NCBI GenBank assembly: GCA_018303545.1
Contig: JAGVXY010000011.1
Location: 1,466-65,465, forward strand
Length of the DNA stretch: 64,000 bases
Source of the DNA: Candidatus Woesearchaeota archaeon
GTDB lineage: Archaea > Nanobdellota > Nanobdellia > SCGC-AAA011-G17 > JAGVXY01
Reading direction: 5' to 3'
In this document: positions 10,752-19,271 of the stretch, in pieces
How positions within the stretch are numbered: position 1 is the stretch's first letter
How the letters are laid out: each line of letters starts with the position of its first letter
Translations under genes and position numbers: made by a program
The notes under the pieces: model-generated
The model's input: only the letters and a program-made list of their open reading frames with translations
Told to the model about the DNA's origin: nothing
Databases searched by the model: none

Positions 10752-10913
10752 ATGGTAGAAACACAACTAATGGTATTGTTTGCCGTTCTAGGCTCTCTTA
10801 TAGGAATAATGTACGCTTTAAGAAGAATCTTTGGAATGGAGAGATCAATTTTAAGAATGGAAGAAGTTATTCTAAAAATAGAAAAACTTCAGGTAAAGAA
10901 AAAGAAAAGATGA
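10752..10913 (+). CDS. Small 53-aa protein, N-terminal TM plus coiled coil
   Basis: MVETQLMVLFAVLGSLIGIMYALRRIFGMERSILRMEEVILKIEKLQVKKKKR; strong SD GGAGGTG at 10741-10747. Below the track cut-off. Confidence 0.75.
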   Translation: MVETQLMVLFAVLGSLIGIMYALRRIFGMERSILRMEEVILKIEKLQVKKKKR

Positions 10914-10917
10914 TTTT

Positions 10918-11622
10918 TTATTTATATTTTTGATTAGCCTCATTCAATGATTCGGGGCTTCCTATATCAAACCATTTTTTCTTCGTTACAAATCCAAAAA
11001 CATCCACCCTATCAGATAACCATGCAATATAATCTCCAGCTTTGTCAGTAGAAAGTCCTAATTTCACATATTCCTCAATATATTTTAATGTATCCTTTGG
11101 AAAAAAATATACTAATGTTGCAGCCAAAGTAGAACTTGGATTTTGCGGTTTCTCAAAAAAGTTCACTATTTTATTATTTTTGTCAAGCTCGACAATTCCA
11201 TATAACCTTGCTTTTTCTTTTGAATTAACATCATAAAGCGCAATTTTTGTTTTTCCCGGCATGAATGAAACAAAATTTTTCAAGGAAAAGTCAAATATAT
11301 TATCTCCGCCGATTACAATCAAATCTTCATTGATATTTAATTTTTTTATTGCATAATATATATCGCCTATTGATCCCTTTTTTGTTTCCAGTGTTTTGAC
11401 ACCATTGCTTATCACTTCGACATTTTTCTTCCAGGACCATTTTTTAAAAGTCTCATAGAACTTCTCATTGGACATTACATAACAATCTAAATCATCAAAT
11501 CGCTTATCTAGAATATAATCTAAAATAGGTCTTCCAGCAACCTCAAGTAAAGGTTTAGGTTTATCTAACGCTAAATCCCCCAATCTTGTACCAAAACCAG
11601 CAGCTAAAATCAAACATTTCAT
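10918..11622 (-). CDS. Sugar-1-phosphate nucleotidyltransferase (NTP_transferase family)
   Basis: LAAGFGTRL, PKPLL, GDN, YG.V, FFEKP, WFDIGS. Confidence 0.92.
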   Translation of the reverse strand: MKCLILAAGFGTRLGDLALDKPKPLLEVAGRPILDYILDKRFDDLDCYVMSNEKFYETFKKWSWKKNVEVISNGVKTLETKKGSIGDIYYAIKKLNINEDLIVIGGDNIFDFSLKNFVSFMPGKTKIALYDVNSKEKARLYGIVELDKNNKIVNFFEKPQNPSSTLAATLVYFFPKDTLKYIEEYVKLGLSTDKAGDYIAWLSDRVDVFGFVTKKKWFDIGSPESLNEANQKYK

Positions 11623-11623
11623 G

Positions 11624-13039
11624 TTATATCTTTAGAATATCATAAAGGCTGCAGTTTTTAAATCTTACGCTCTCGGGATTGTTAAAATAGCTCTTTCCTA
11701 TTCTTTTGTCCAGCATCATACCTTCAAACACATCAGGGGCATTTGCCCCTACAAATTCAGCGATTTTAATTAACTGAGCGCCATATGCATCATGCACATC
11801 CATATATCTATTGCATATTCTTTCAATTTCCAGTGTAGAAAACTGATTTGATCCCTTGCCAAGTCTATAGGCTCCCGAAGTTAATTTAAATTTTTCTTCA
11901 GTAAAAAAATTCCTGCCGTCAATTACTATTTTATTTTTTAAATCTCCAGATTCAACTGCATGGAATTCTTCCCAGTCAGTTAATAGCATTATTATTTCTG
12001 CATCCAGCACGTTTCTAAAATTGCTGCAATATTCTATATTAGGAAAAATCTTCAAAAAATGATTCATTGCTTTTGGATCATAGCACCTGATATTTGCCCC
12101 TTTTTCGATTAAGTTTTTAGTAATATTAATTGAAGATGCTTCTCTAATGTCATCAGTATTCGCTTTAAAAGCCAGTCCCAATAAGCCTACTTCTTTTCCT
12201 TCAATATTTCCTATCATTTCCTTAAGAACTGAAACAGCCAAACCTTTTTGTATTTTATTTACTTCTTCAATGGATTCAATCAAACTTGAATATAATCCAT
12301 TGGCCCGGAAAAATGCAGCAAATTCTTTTACGTCTTTAGGGAAACATGACCCCCCATATCCCAGTCCAGGATTTACAAAAGCCTGAGGATTTATTTTCTT
12401 CAGTTCTCTGCTAACTTGCCAAATATCATGATGTGGAAATAATTGAACTAATGCATTGACAATTATTACATTTCCTCCATTGAACAAAGGTAACATTGTT
12501 TCTCTTGCCCATTCGTTTTTATAACCTAATACAACTCTATCTGGAAACATACTATCCTTCATTGCAGCGCCTTGTTTCAAAAATTCAGGATTTGAGACAA
12601 CTTCAAAGTTTATTGAAAGATTTCGTTGATTGAGTCTTTCGCGGATAATTTCAGTAACTGCTTCCGTAGTTCCAACGGGTACTGTGCTTTTATCAACTAT
12701 AACAACATTATCTTTCATAATCCCATCGCCAATCTCTTTTGCTACTGAATAGATAAATTGCATATCGACAGAACCATTATCTTTTGAAGGAGTTCCTACT
12801 GCAATATATACAACATCTGCTTCATTCAATGCAGAATTATCTGCTGTAAATGTTATTCTATTACCATATTGTTTAAGTAGTTCTTCTAAGCCAGGTTCAA
12901 ACATAGGCACTTCGTTATTTGCCAAAGAAAAAATTCTTTCTCGATTTGAATCAATACCTGTAACGTCATTGCCCAACTTAGCCAAAATAACTGCCGTTGG
13001 AATACCCACATAACCCATCCCTTTTATTGCAATTCGCAT
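11624..13039 (-). CDS. ugd: UDP-glucose/GDP-mannose dehydrogenase family protein with rearranged central domain
   Basis: GMGYVG, AVGTP, KSTVPVGT, NPEFL, GYGGSCFPKD, GLAFK.NTDD.RE, YDP, DGRN. Confidence 0.88.
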   Translation of the reverse strand: MRIAIKGMGYVGIPTAVILAKLGNDVTGIDSNRERIFSLANNEVPMFEPGLEELLKQYGNRITFTADNSALNEADVVYIAVGTPSKDNGSVDMQFIYSVAKEIGDGIMKDNVVIVDKSTVPVGTTEAVTEIIRERLNQRNLSINFEVVSNPEFLKQGAAMKDSMFPDRVVLGYKNEWARETMLPLFNGGNVIIVNALVQLFPHHDIWQVSRELKKINPQAFVNPGLGYGGSCFPKDVKEFAAFFRANGLYSSLIESIEEVNKIQKGLAVSVLKEMIGNIEGKEVGLLGLAFKANTDDIREASSINITKNLIEKGANIRCYDPKAMNHFLKIFPNIEYCSNFRNVLDAEIIMLLTDWEEFHAVESGDLKNKIVIDGRNFFTEEKFKLTSGAYRLGKGSNQFSTLEIERICNRYMDVHDAYGAQLIKIAEFVGANAPDVFEGMMLDKRIGKSYFNNPESVRFKNCSLYDILKI

Positions 13040-13070
13040 ATTAATACTTCTTTAAACAAAAGAAATTTAT

Positions 13071-13091
13071 ATATCCCACTAATATCCTACT
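13071..13091. promoter_or_regulatory. Direct repeat ATATCC(C/T)ACT x2, candidate operator in the divergent ugd/regulator intergenic region
   Basis: ATATCCCACT-A-ATATCCTACT with 11-bp period, between TATA-like elements. Confidence 0.5.
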
Positions 13092-13133
13092 TTTTCCGAT
13101 AATTATAAATACTACTTGGATTAGATTAAAATT

Positions 13134-13925
13134 ATGACTAAAGAAAAAGTATCTGTAACAATTGAATCATCTATTCTAAAAAACGTTGATGCTACCATTG
13201 ATAATGTTTATATAAGAAATCGTTCTCAAGCTATAGAAAGGCTTATAGAAAAATCCATCGGTAAAAGCAAGATTGCAGTTATTTTGGCTGGAGGCGATGA
13301 AGAGAAAATAAAAATTTCTGAAAATGAATATAGATTCACTGCAAAAATAGGTTCTAAAACCTTAGTCGAAAGGCAAATCGAAAAACTTAACGAATCAGAA
13401 TTCAATAATATATTCATTGTTGCAAGAAAAAAGATTATAGCCAAAATATTTGAAATCTTGGGTGATGGCACAGAATTAGGTGTAAATGTGGGGTATATAG
13501 AAGAAAAAAATTCTTCAGGTTCAGCCGATTCCCTTAAATTAATTAAAGGAAAAATTAAAAGTCCATTTCTGGCATTTTACGGAGATATATTATTCGATAA
13601 TGTAAACATAAAAGAGCTTTGGAATCAGCATAAAAAAACAAATGCCTTGACAACAATCATGCTCACAACATCAGATAGACCTTCAGAAAAAGGCACGGTA
13701 AGAATGGAGGGTTCAAAAGTTTTGGAATTTATGCAGAAACCAGAAAAATCTGAAAATTTCCTTGTGTTTTCTCCCATCTTTATTTCAGAGCCGGAATTGT
13801 TAAACGTAGAAGGTAGTTCATTGGAATTCGATATTTTTCCCAAATTGGCCAAAAAAGGTCAAATAAATGGTTTCTTAAGTTCAGAGAAAGAAAAGCACAT
13901 TCACTGCAAAGAAGATACGATATAA
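13134..13925 (+). CDS. Ribbon-helix-helix (CopG/NikR-like) domain fused to a nucleotidyltransferase-like domain
   Basis: KVSVTIESSILKNVD...NRSQAIERLI followed by AVILAGG...YGDIL...F.QKP; the GxGTRL/PK signature is degenerate. Confidence 0.75.
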   Translation: MTKEKVSVTIESSILKNVDATIDNVYIRNRSQAIERLIEKSIGKSKIAVILAGGDEEKIKISENEYRFTAKIGSKTLVERQIEKLNESEFNNIFIVARKKIIAKIFEILGDGTELGVNVGYIEEKNSSGSADSLKLIKGKIKSPFLAFYGDILFDNVNIKELWNQHKKTNALTTIMLTTSDRPSEKGTVRMEGSKVLEFMQKPEKSENFLVFSPIFISEPELLNVEGSSLEFDIFPKLAKKGQINGFLSSEKEKHIHCKEDTI

Positions 13926-13936
13926 TGCTTAAGCTA

Positions 13937-15346
13937 TTACTGACAGTAATCAAAAAGCATTTGATTTAAAGATTGAGTATATGCGGGATCACTATATTTT
14001 TCAGGAATAATTATATGGTAAGTCCGAGGTATAAAAAATTTAGACTCGAAAGTTTTTAAAATACCTTTGACTTGCTGAATAACCTCACAAAAAAATATCC
14101 TCTCATCAAGCAATTTTTCAGAAGAGGAATACGGCAATTTTTCAGCACCAAGACTTTTACACATTTCAAAATATCTTTTTGCTTCAACAAGATTATTTTC
14201 ATTTCTAAATTTTTCTCCGCAGGAGAATAGAAAATTGCTTTTATTAAGATAGAGGTTGTTAGTTTTAATTTCAGAGTATTTATTATCAATTTCAAAGATA
14301 TCTAAACCCATTGGAATATTCAAAATTATGCTTAAAAAATCTTTATAATCATTATGATTGCCACCATAAGACAATGCGTAATTTGATGATAAAACATCAA
14401 GTTTAGACCCATAAATCCCTGTGATAAGCGCATTTGAATCATCAATAGTTGCATCAATAAATGTGATGTGGGGTTTAGTTTTAGAAAAATCTACCATCAG
14501 AGTATACGCATGCTGCATTGCAATAGAAGAGACAGAATAAAATTTATATGCATTTAATTCTCCACAAATTTCAGAGAAAAAATCATGTATAGAGGGAAGT
14601 AGCTGCTGACTCATAACCCCGCATATATGCTTCCTCATTTCCAGCTTTTCTTCAACAGGTAGTTCAATAAAATCATCAAAATCATTACGGAATAAGAGAT
14701 ATTTTAAATAATTTTTAGAATCAATTCCATGAATTACTTTTCTAAAATAATTCGTTGATTTTTCAGCAAGCTCAATTTCAAAAAAAGGCGCCTCTCCTGG
14801 GGACAATTCATTAATTTTTTTTGCAACAGTCTGTTTTGCAAGATAAAACTCTCCAACATGCCTACTGTCCGTTTTATTAAAATCATAGTTAAATTCCTTC
14901 AAAAAACTTGCAAAATCATCAGTAAAAAGATAATCAAAAGAATTAGACTCGACTCGGAAATTAAAGGCAGTAAAATCATTGCTAAAAATATTTTTTAGCA
15001 GTAAATATTCAAATTTCTGCCTATTCGCAATTTTATATCCCCCTTTATCAATAAGCAGATTTAATTTATCTTCTATGCCTGCATGTTTTAATTTTTGTGC
15101 CGTCGGGATAAAATTGTCAAAAGAAACAATGTTAAAATATTCTTTAATATCTGAATTTTGAATAATATATTTTATGGGTGCCTCATCAAACCTTTGTATT
15201 TTTTGCATATATGACATTTTACTGAAATTATTTTTAATTTCATAAAAATTAAGCATTTCAATGGAAGAATAAGCAAAAAATGCAAGACTGCCTAGAAATA
15301 AAGGCAATTTAAGACCCTTCCAAATCTGTCTCAAAAAAATACCCAT
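13937..15346 (-). CDS. Membrane-anchored protein with putative transglutaminase-like Cys-His-Asp core and a TPR-like segment
   Basis: N-terminal TM; HICGVMS...HAYTL...FIDAT spacing; GEKFRNENNLVEAKRYFEMC. Confidence 0.5.
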   Translation of the reverse strand: MGIFLRQIWKGLKLPLFLGSLAFFAYSSIEMLNFYEIKNNFSKMSYMQKIQRFDEAPIKYIIQNSDIKEYFNIVSFDNFIPTAQKLKHAGIEDKLNLLIDKGGYKIANRQKFEYLLLKNIFSNDFTAFNFRVESNSFDYLFTDDFASFLKEFNYDFNKTDSRHVGEFYLAKQTVAKKINELSPGEAPFFEIELAEKSTNYFRKVIHGIDSKNYLKYLLFRNDFDDFIELPVEEKLEMRKHICGVMSQQLLPSIHDFFSEICGELNAYKFYSVSSIAMQHAYTLMVDFSKTKPHITFIDATIDDSNALITGIYGSKLDVLSSNYALSYGGNHNDYKDFLSIILNIPMGLDIFEIDNKYSEIKTNNLYLNKSNFLFSCGEKFRNENNLVEAKRYFEMCKSLGAEKLPYSSSEKLLDERIFFCEVIQQVKGILKTFESKFFIPRTYHIIIPEKYSDPAYTQSLNQMLFDYCQ

Positions 15347-15435
15347 TCTTCTTAAATTAAATCAATGAACTATATAAAATTGCCTAAAAAAGATAAAAAT
15401 TTATAAATGAAAACCGTTTCAATAGAGCTAGACAC

Positions 15436-15565
15436 GCGGGGGTGCCGGAGTGGTCAAACGGGATAGGCTCAAGATAAAATTGAGCTATGAGGTCATTTTC
15501 ATGGCCAATGACATAAGAAACCTATTGACTTAGTGTCTACGCAGGTTCGAACCCTGTCCCCCGCA
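15436..15565 (+). tRNA. tRNA-Leu(CAA) with 46-nt intron at 37/38 (15474-15519)
   Basis: Acceptor GCGGGGG/CCCCCGC-A; anticodon stem ATAGG/CCTAT with CT-CAA-G; long variable arm; T arm GCAGG-TTCGAAC-CCTGT; TTTATAAA at about 15400. Confidence 0.93.
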
Positions 15566-15641
15566 TTTATTTCTATAAATTGAATCGCGCACTACATATT
15601 TATTTAAAATATCAGGTGTGTAAAAGAGAAATCGAGATAAT

Positions 15642-16286
15642 TTATTCTAATTTATGCAGCCATTTAGAAGCCAGTTTATACTTTTTATTAAAAAGAATCG
15701 AACCTGCAACAATAGTATCTGCCCCTGCATTTACAATTTTTTCTACAGTATAAGGGCGGATTCCACCATCGACCTCAATTTCAATAATTTTTATATTCCG
15801 TTGGTCATAAAATTTTCTTAAATTTTTAATTTTATTATAAACATTTTTATCGAATTCTTCCCCTTTTACACCAATTTTTGTTCCCATTAGGGTCACTTTG
15901 TCCACTTTCGTGAGAATATCTTCAAAATGTTCTATCGATTCGTTTGTATTAATGACTATCCCTGCCTTCAAACCTAATCTTTTTATCTTTTTTATTAAGT
16001 TTATAGCACTATTAGTAGATTCGGGATGGAATGCGATTAAATCAGAACAATCTTCAAACAGTTTTAAAAAGTTATCTGGATTATTAACCATGAGGTGAAT
16101 CTCAAAAGGCAATTTGGTTTTTTGCTTTAATGCTCTAATGAGATCCGGAAAAAACAAAAGACTATGGACATAAAGACCATCTCCTACATCAAAATGAAAA
16201 TAATCAACATATTTCTCTATCTTTTTTATTTCATCTCCCAAATCTGTCAAATCCGCAGACCATAATGATGCAGAAACTTTTACCAT
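15642..16286 (-). CDS. rpe: Ribulose-phosphate 3-epimerase family protein
   Basis: SASLWSAD, HFDVGDG, EIHLMV, EVDGGI, VAGS; atypical MGTKIG in place of MSVxPG. Confidence 0.85.
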   Translation of the reverse strand: MVKVSASLWSADLTDLGDEIKKIEKYVDYFHFDVGDGLYVHSLLFFPDLIRALKQKTKLPFEIHLMVNNPDNFLKLFEDCSDLIAFHPESTNSAINLIKKIKRLGLKAGIVINTNESIEHFEDILTKVDKVTLMGTKIGVKGEEFDKNVYNKIKNLRKFYDQRNIKIIEIEVDGGIRPYTVEKIVNAGADTIVAGSILFNKKYKLASKWLHKLE

Positions 16287-16409
16287 CTAAATGTTAAATA
16301 TGGCAAGGTTTATATATATTTCTAACGTATACCTTTTTATGGATACAGTTCAAAAATTGAAACGATTTAATGAAAGAAATGAATGTAAATATGAGGCACT
16401 TTAGTTAAA

Positions 16410-16946
16410 ATGGATTTTTTAATAATGAGGCATGGAGAAACTGAAAGTAACAAAAAAAATTATGTGCAGGGACAAACTAATGAATCTTTGAGTGATATAG
16501 GCATTAAACAGGTTAAGAGGCAAATTCCCTATCTTAAAAAACAGAAAATAACCTTAATATTATCAAGTGATTTACAGCGCGCAAAGGAAACCGCAAAAAT
16601 TATTTCCAAAACTTTGAATATTAAAGTGAGATATATGAAAATTTTGCGCGAAAAGAATAATGGAAGATATACAGGGAAAAAGTCTGCAGAAATTAATTGG
16701 AATAATGTAAACGGTGACTATGAACATCGCAAGGCCCCAAAAGGAGAAAGCCTATTTGAAGTACTTCAAAGGGTAAAACAATTTTTAGACATTATTAAAG
16801 AACAACAACAAAAAGAAAAGATAATTGTAATATCACATGGAACATTTTTAAAACTTATAAAAGGATATCTTGCAAAAAAGAATATTAAAAAATCCATAGA
16901 AAATATAAAAATAAAAAATGGAAAAGTCATGAAAATAAAATGTTAA
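16410..16946 (+). CDS. Histidine phosphatase family protein
   Basis: RHGET, SSDL.RA.ET, LRE, GES, SHG. Confidence 0.92.
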   Translation: MDFLIMRHGETESNKKNYVQGQTNESLSDIGIKQVKRQIPYLKKQKITLILSSDLQRAKETAKIISKTLNIKVRYMKILREKNNGRYTGKKSAEINWNNVNGDYEHRKAPKGESLFEVLQRVKQFLDIIKEQQQKEKIIVISHGTFLKLIKGYLAKKNIKKSIENIKIKNGKVMKIKC

Positions 16947-17980
16947 AGTCTCCATTTTTAAATGAAGCTAGGACGATTGTAAAGATATTATTAAGTAACA
17001 AATTAGTGAAAAATAATGTTATTGCTATTTATACAATGGGGTCTTTTGCAGAAGGAATAGTTAAAAAATCTAGTGATATAGATTTAAACATTTTTATAAA
17101 TCGGGCAGACTATAAAGATTTAACCCTACTTAAAAAAGCAATTGTGCAAACAGAGAAAAAATGTGGTCGCAAAATAGACACTAATCTTATCTCAGAAAAA
17201 GAAGTGAGAGAAGGGATTATTGGTAGTCGCGTATTTCCGCATAAATATAGACATGCCTTACTTATTTATGAAATAAAATACTATAATTGCTTATTATATG
17301 GTAAAAATATCTTGGCTAAAATAACTTTTAATTATGATGAGCTTTTTGAAGAAACCATTAAACTATTATTAACCTTAGGATATAGACTAAGGAAGCTTTA
17401 TCTCGCAACGGCAACAATTGCCGAAACTAAAAAGCAAGCAGTAAAATTTGCAACCTATGCCTGCAAATTTGCTTTAATAAACAAAGGGATATTTGTTTAC
17501 AATGATAAAGATGCAGAAAGATATTTTATGAAATATTTCTCATACCTTGAAAATGTGAGCATTATTTCTCAATGTTTTGAAATAAAAAAGACAAAAGAGT
17601 TTAACATATCAAATAAAATGTTCGAAACAGTTATTAATTTTATTGAAAGATTGGCAGAAGACAGACTTGAAGGCTTTAAAAAAGTTAAGAAAAATAGTAA
17701 GATTTTATTTGTTATACAAAATAAGAAATTGAAAAATGAGATACTAAGTTTTCTTAAGAAAGAATGTCCACAAAGTTATATAATCAAATGGAGCAGAACT
17801 TGTCCTACAAGCATCAGAAATTGTATTTTGGTAACAGACAACAAAGATTTATTAAATAGACAACATATAATTCCCCTAATTTTATTTATAGAAAAAAACA
17901 GACTACCTGAACCCTCTTCAAGATATGATTACTTTATAAGAGATGTGGAAGATTTGAAAATACTCTTTAAACCATTTTAA
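16940..17980 (+). CDS. Pol-beta superfamily nucleotidyltransferase with helical C-terminal region
   Basis: GS...SDIDL motif and third Asp in KIDTN. Confidence 0.7.
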   Translation: MLKSPFLNEARTIVKILLSNKLVKNNVIAIYTMGSFAEGIVKKSSDIDLNIFINRADYKDLTLLKKAIVQTEKKCGRKIDTNLISEKEVREGIIGSRVFPHKYRHALLIYEIKYYNCLLYGKNILAKITFNYDELFEETIKLLLTLGYRLRKLYLATATIAETKKQAVKFATYACKFALINKGIFVYNDKDAERYFMKYFSYLENVSIISQCFEIKKTKEFNISNKMFETVINFIERLAEDRLEGFKKVKKNSKILFVIQNKKLKNEILSFLKKECPQSYIIKWSRTCPTSIRNCILVTDNKDLLNRQHIIPLILFIEKNRLPEPSSRYDYFIRDVEDLKILFKPF

Positions 17981-17981
17981 A

Positions 17982-18578
17982 ATGCAAAAAATAAAAATCA
18001 ATTTTGACCAGATAGTTAAGAAATTCATAGGGGAAGTGGATTTATCTAAACCCAAACATAAACAAAATTTCTTCCTTATATTTACTGGAATTCCTGGAAG
18101 CGGAAAAACAGCCATAGCTAAACACCTTTGTAAGACGAGTTCATATGTGCGGGTTAGTAGTGATGATATTAAGAAGTCTTTAATAAAAGAAAATTGTGAA
18201 TTTAGCCTAAAAGATGTTTTTAAAATTCAGAGAAATATCTTTAAATATTTGCTTGAAAAAAAAGTGAATATCATTTCAGATAGTAACAGTGACTTAACCA
18301 AATATCGAAATTCGCTAAAAAAATTAGCTAAAAAATATGGTTATACCCCAATTAGGCTATATTTGGATATTAGTTTAGATAATGCAAATAGCCGGATTAT
18401 TGCAAAAAAACAGATTAAAAAATCAGATAAAATATATAAGAAGATTAAGAGATTTAATCAAATCTTAGAAATTCCAAGAGTTGCTAAAAAAATTAATTGT
18501 AATCTCTCTATGGAAGAAGTATTTGAGCAAGTTGATAATGCTCTGCATTTTTTAATGCATAAAAAACGAAAATTATAA
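17982..18578 (+). CDS. P-loop kinase (AAA_33/polynucleotide kinase-like)
   Basis: GIPGSGKT, SSDDIK, IISDS, RI lid motif. Confidence 0.8.
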   Translation: MQKIKINFDQIVKKFIGEVDLSKPKHKQNFFLIFTGIPGSGKTAIAKHLCKTSSYVRVSSDDIKKSLIKENCEFSLKDVFKIQRNIFKYLLEKKVNIISDSNSDLTKYRNSLKKLAKKYGYTPIRLYLDISLDNANSRIIAKKQIKKSDKIYKKIKRFNQILEIPRVAKKINCNLSMEEVFEQVDNALHFLMHKKRKL

Positions 18579-18603
18579 AAACTAATGCCCTTTTTTATAA
18601 GAC

Positions 18604-19269
18604 ATGATTCTTATTTTGTCGGGCGGAGGAAAACCGGAAGAGACCAAGGAGACAGATAGATATTTTGTTGATTTGATCCCCAAGAATAAAAAGATTCTAT
18701 ACATTCCTATTGCTAAAAAAACGCGACCTTTTGAACAATGTTTTCAATGGCTAAAATCTTGTTTGTCATTTTTCGGCTTTAGTAATATTGAAATGTGGAC
18801 AGACTTATCAGAAAAAAATATCGGTGATTTGAAAAAATTTAGTGCAATTTATATTGGGGGAGGCAATACATTTAGTTTGCTTGATGATTTGAGAAATATG
18901 GACTTTTTAAATGTACTAAAGGAATTTATAGAAAATGATGGCATTGTATATGGTAGTAGTGCAGGAGCAATGATTTTAGGGAAGGATATCTCTACTGCAT
19001 CATATATTGATAAAAATGAGGTTAATTTAAAAAACACAGCCGGAATAAATTTACTTAATGATTATTCTATTTATTGCCATTATCAAGAAAAGGATGATGT
19101 GTTAATTAAAAAACTTCAACAAAAGAAAAAACTTAAAATCCTTGCCTTACCTGAAGGAGGAGGAATAGTATTTAAGGATGGACAGATGACAAATATAGGG
19201 GAGCAACCATTGTTTGTTTTCGAGTTCAATAAAGCAAAAAGAAAAATTGCGCCCAAGGAAAAAATATAG
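18604..19269 (+). CDS. pepE: Peptidase E (S51, class I glutamine amidotransferase-like)
   Basis: YIPIA, IYIGGGNT..LL, GSSAGA nucleophile, HY, LPE. Confidence 0.85.
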   Translation: MILILSGGGKPEETKETDRYFVDLIPKNKKILYIPIAKKTRPFEQCFQWLKSCLSFFGFSNIEMWTDLSEKNIGDLKKFSAIYIGGGNTFSLLDDLRNMDFLNVLKEFIENDGIVYGSSAGAMILGKDISTASYIDKNEVNLKNTAGINLLNDYSIYCHYQEKDDVLIKKLQQKKKLKILALPEGGGIVFKDGQMTNIGEQPLFVFEFNKAKRKIAPKEKI

Positions 19270-19271
19270 AT

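Noticed and set aside
10745-10933. Track ORF of 62 aa
   Set aside because: The frame at 10752-10913 has a properly spaced SD and a TM/coiled-coil product; the track ORF starts inside that SD.
15421-15430. AATAGAGCTA upstream of tRNA-Leu is the reverse complement of 24689-24698
   Set aside because: Only 10 bp in AT-rich DNA and mostly upstream of the likely transcription start; chance cannot be excluded.
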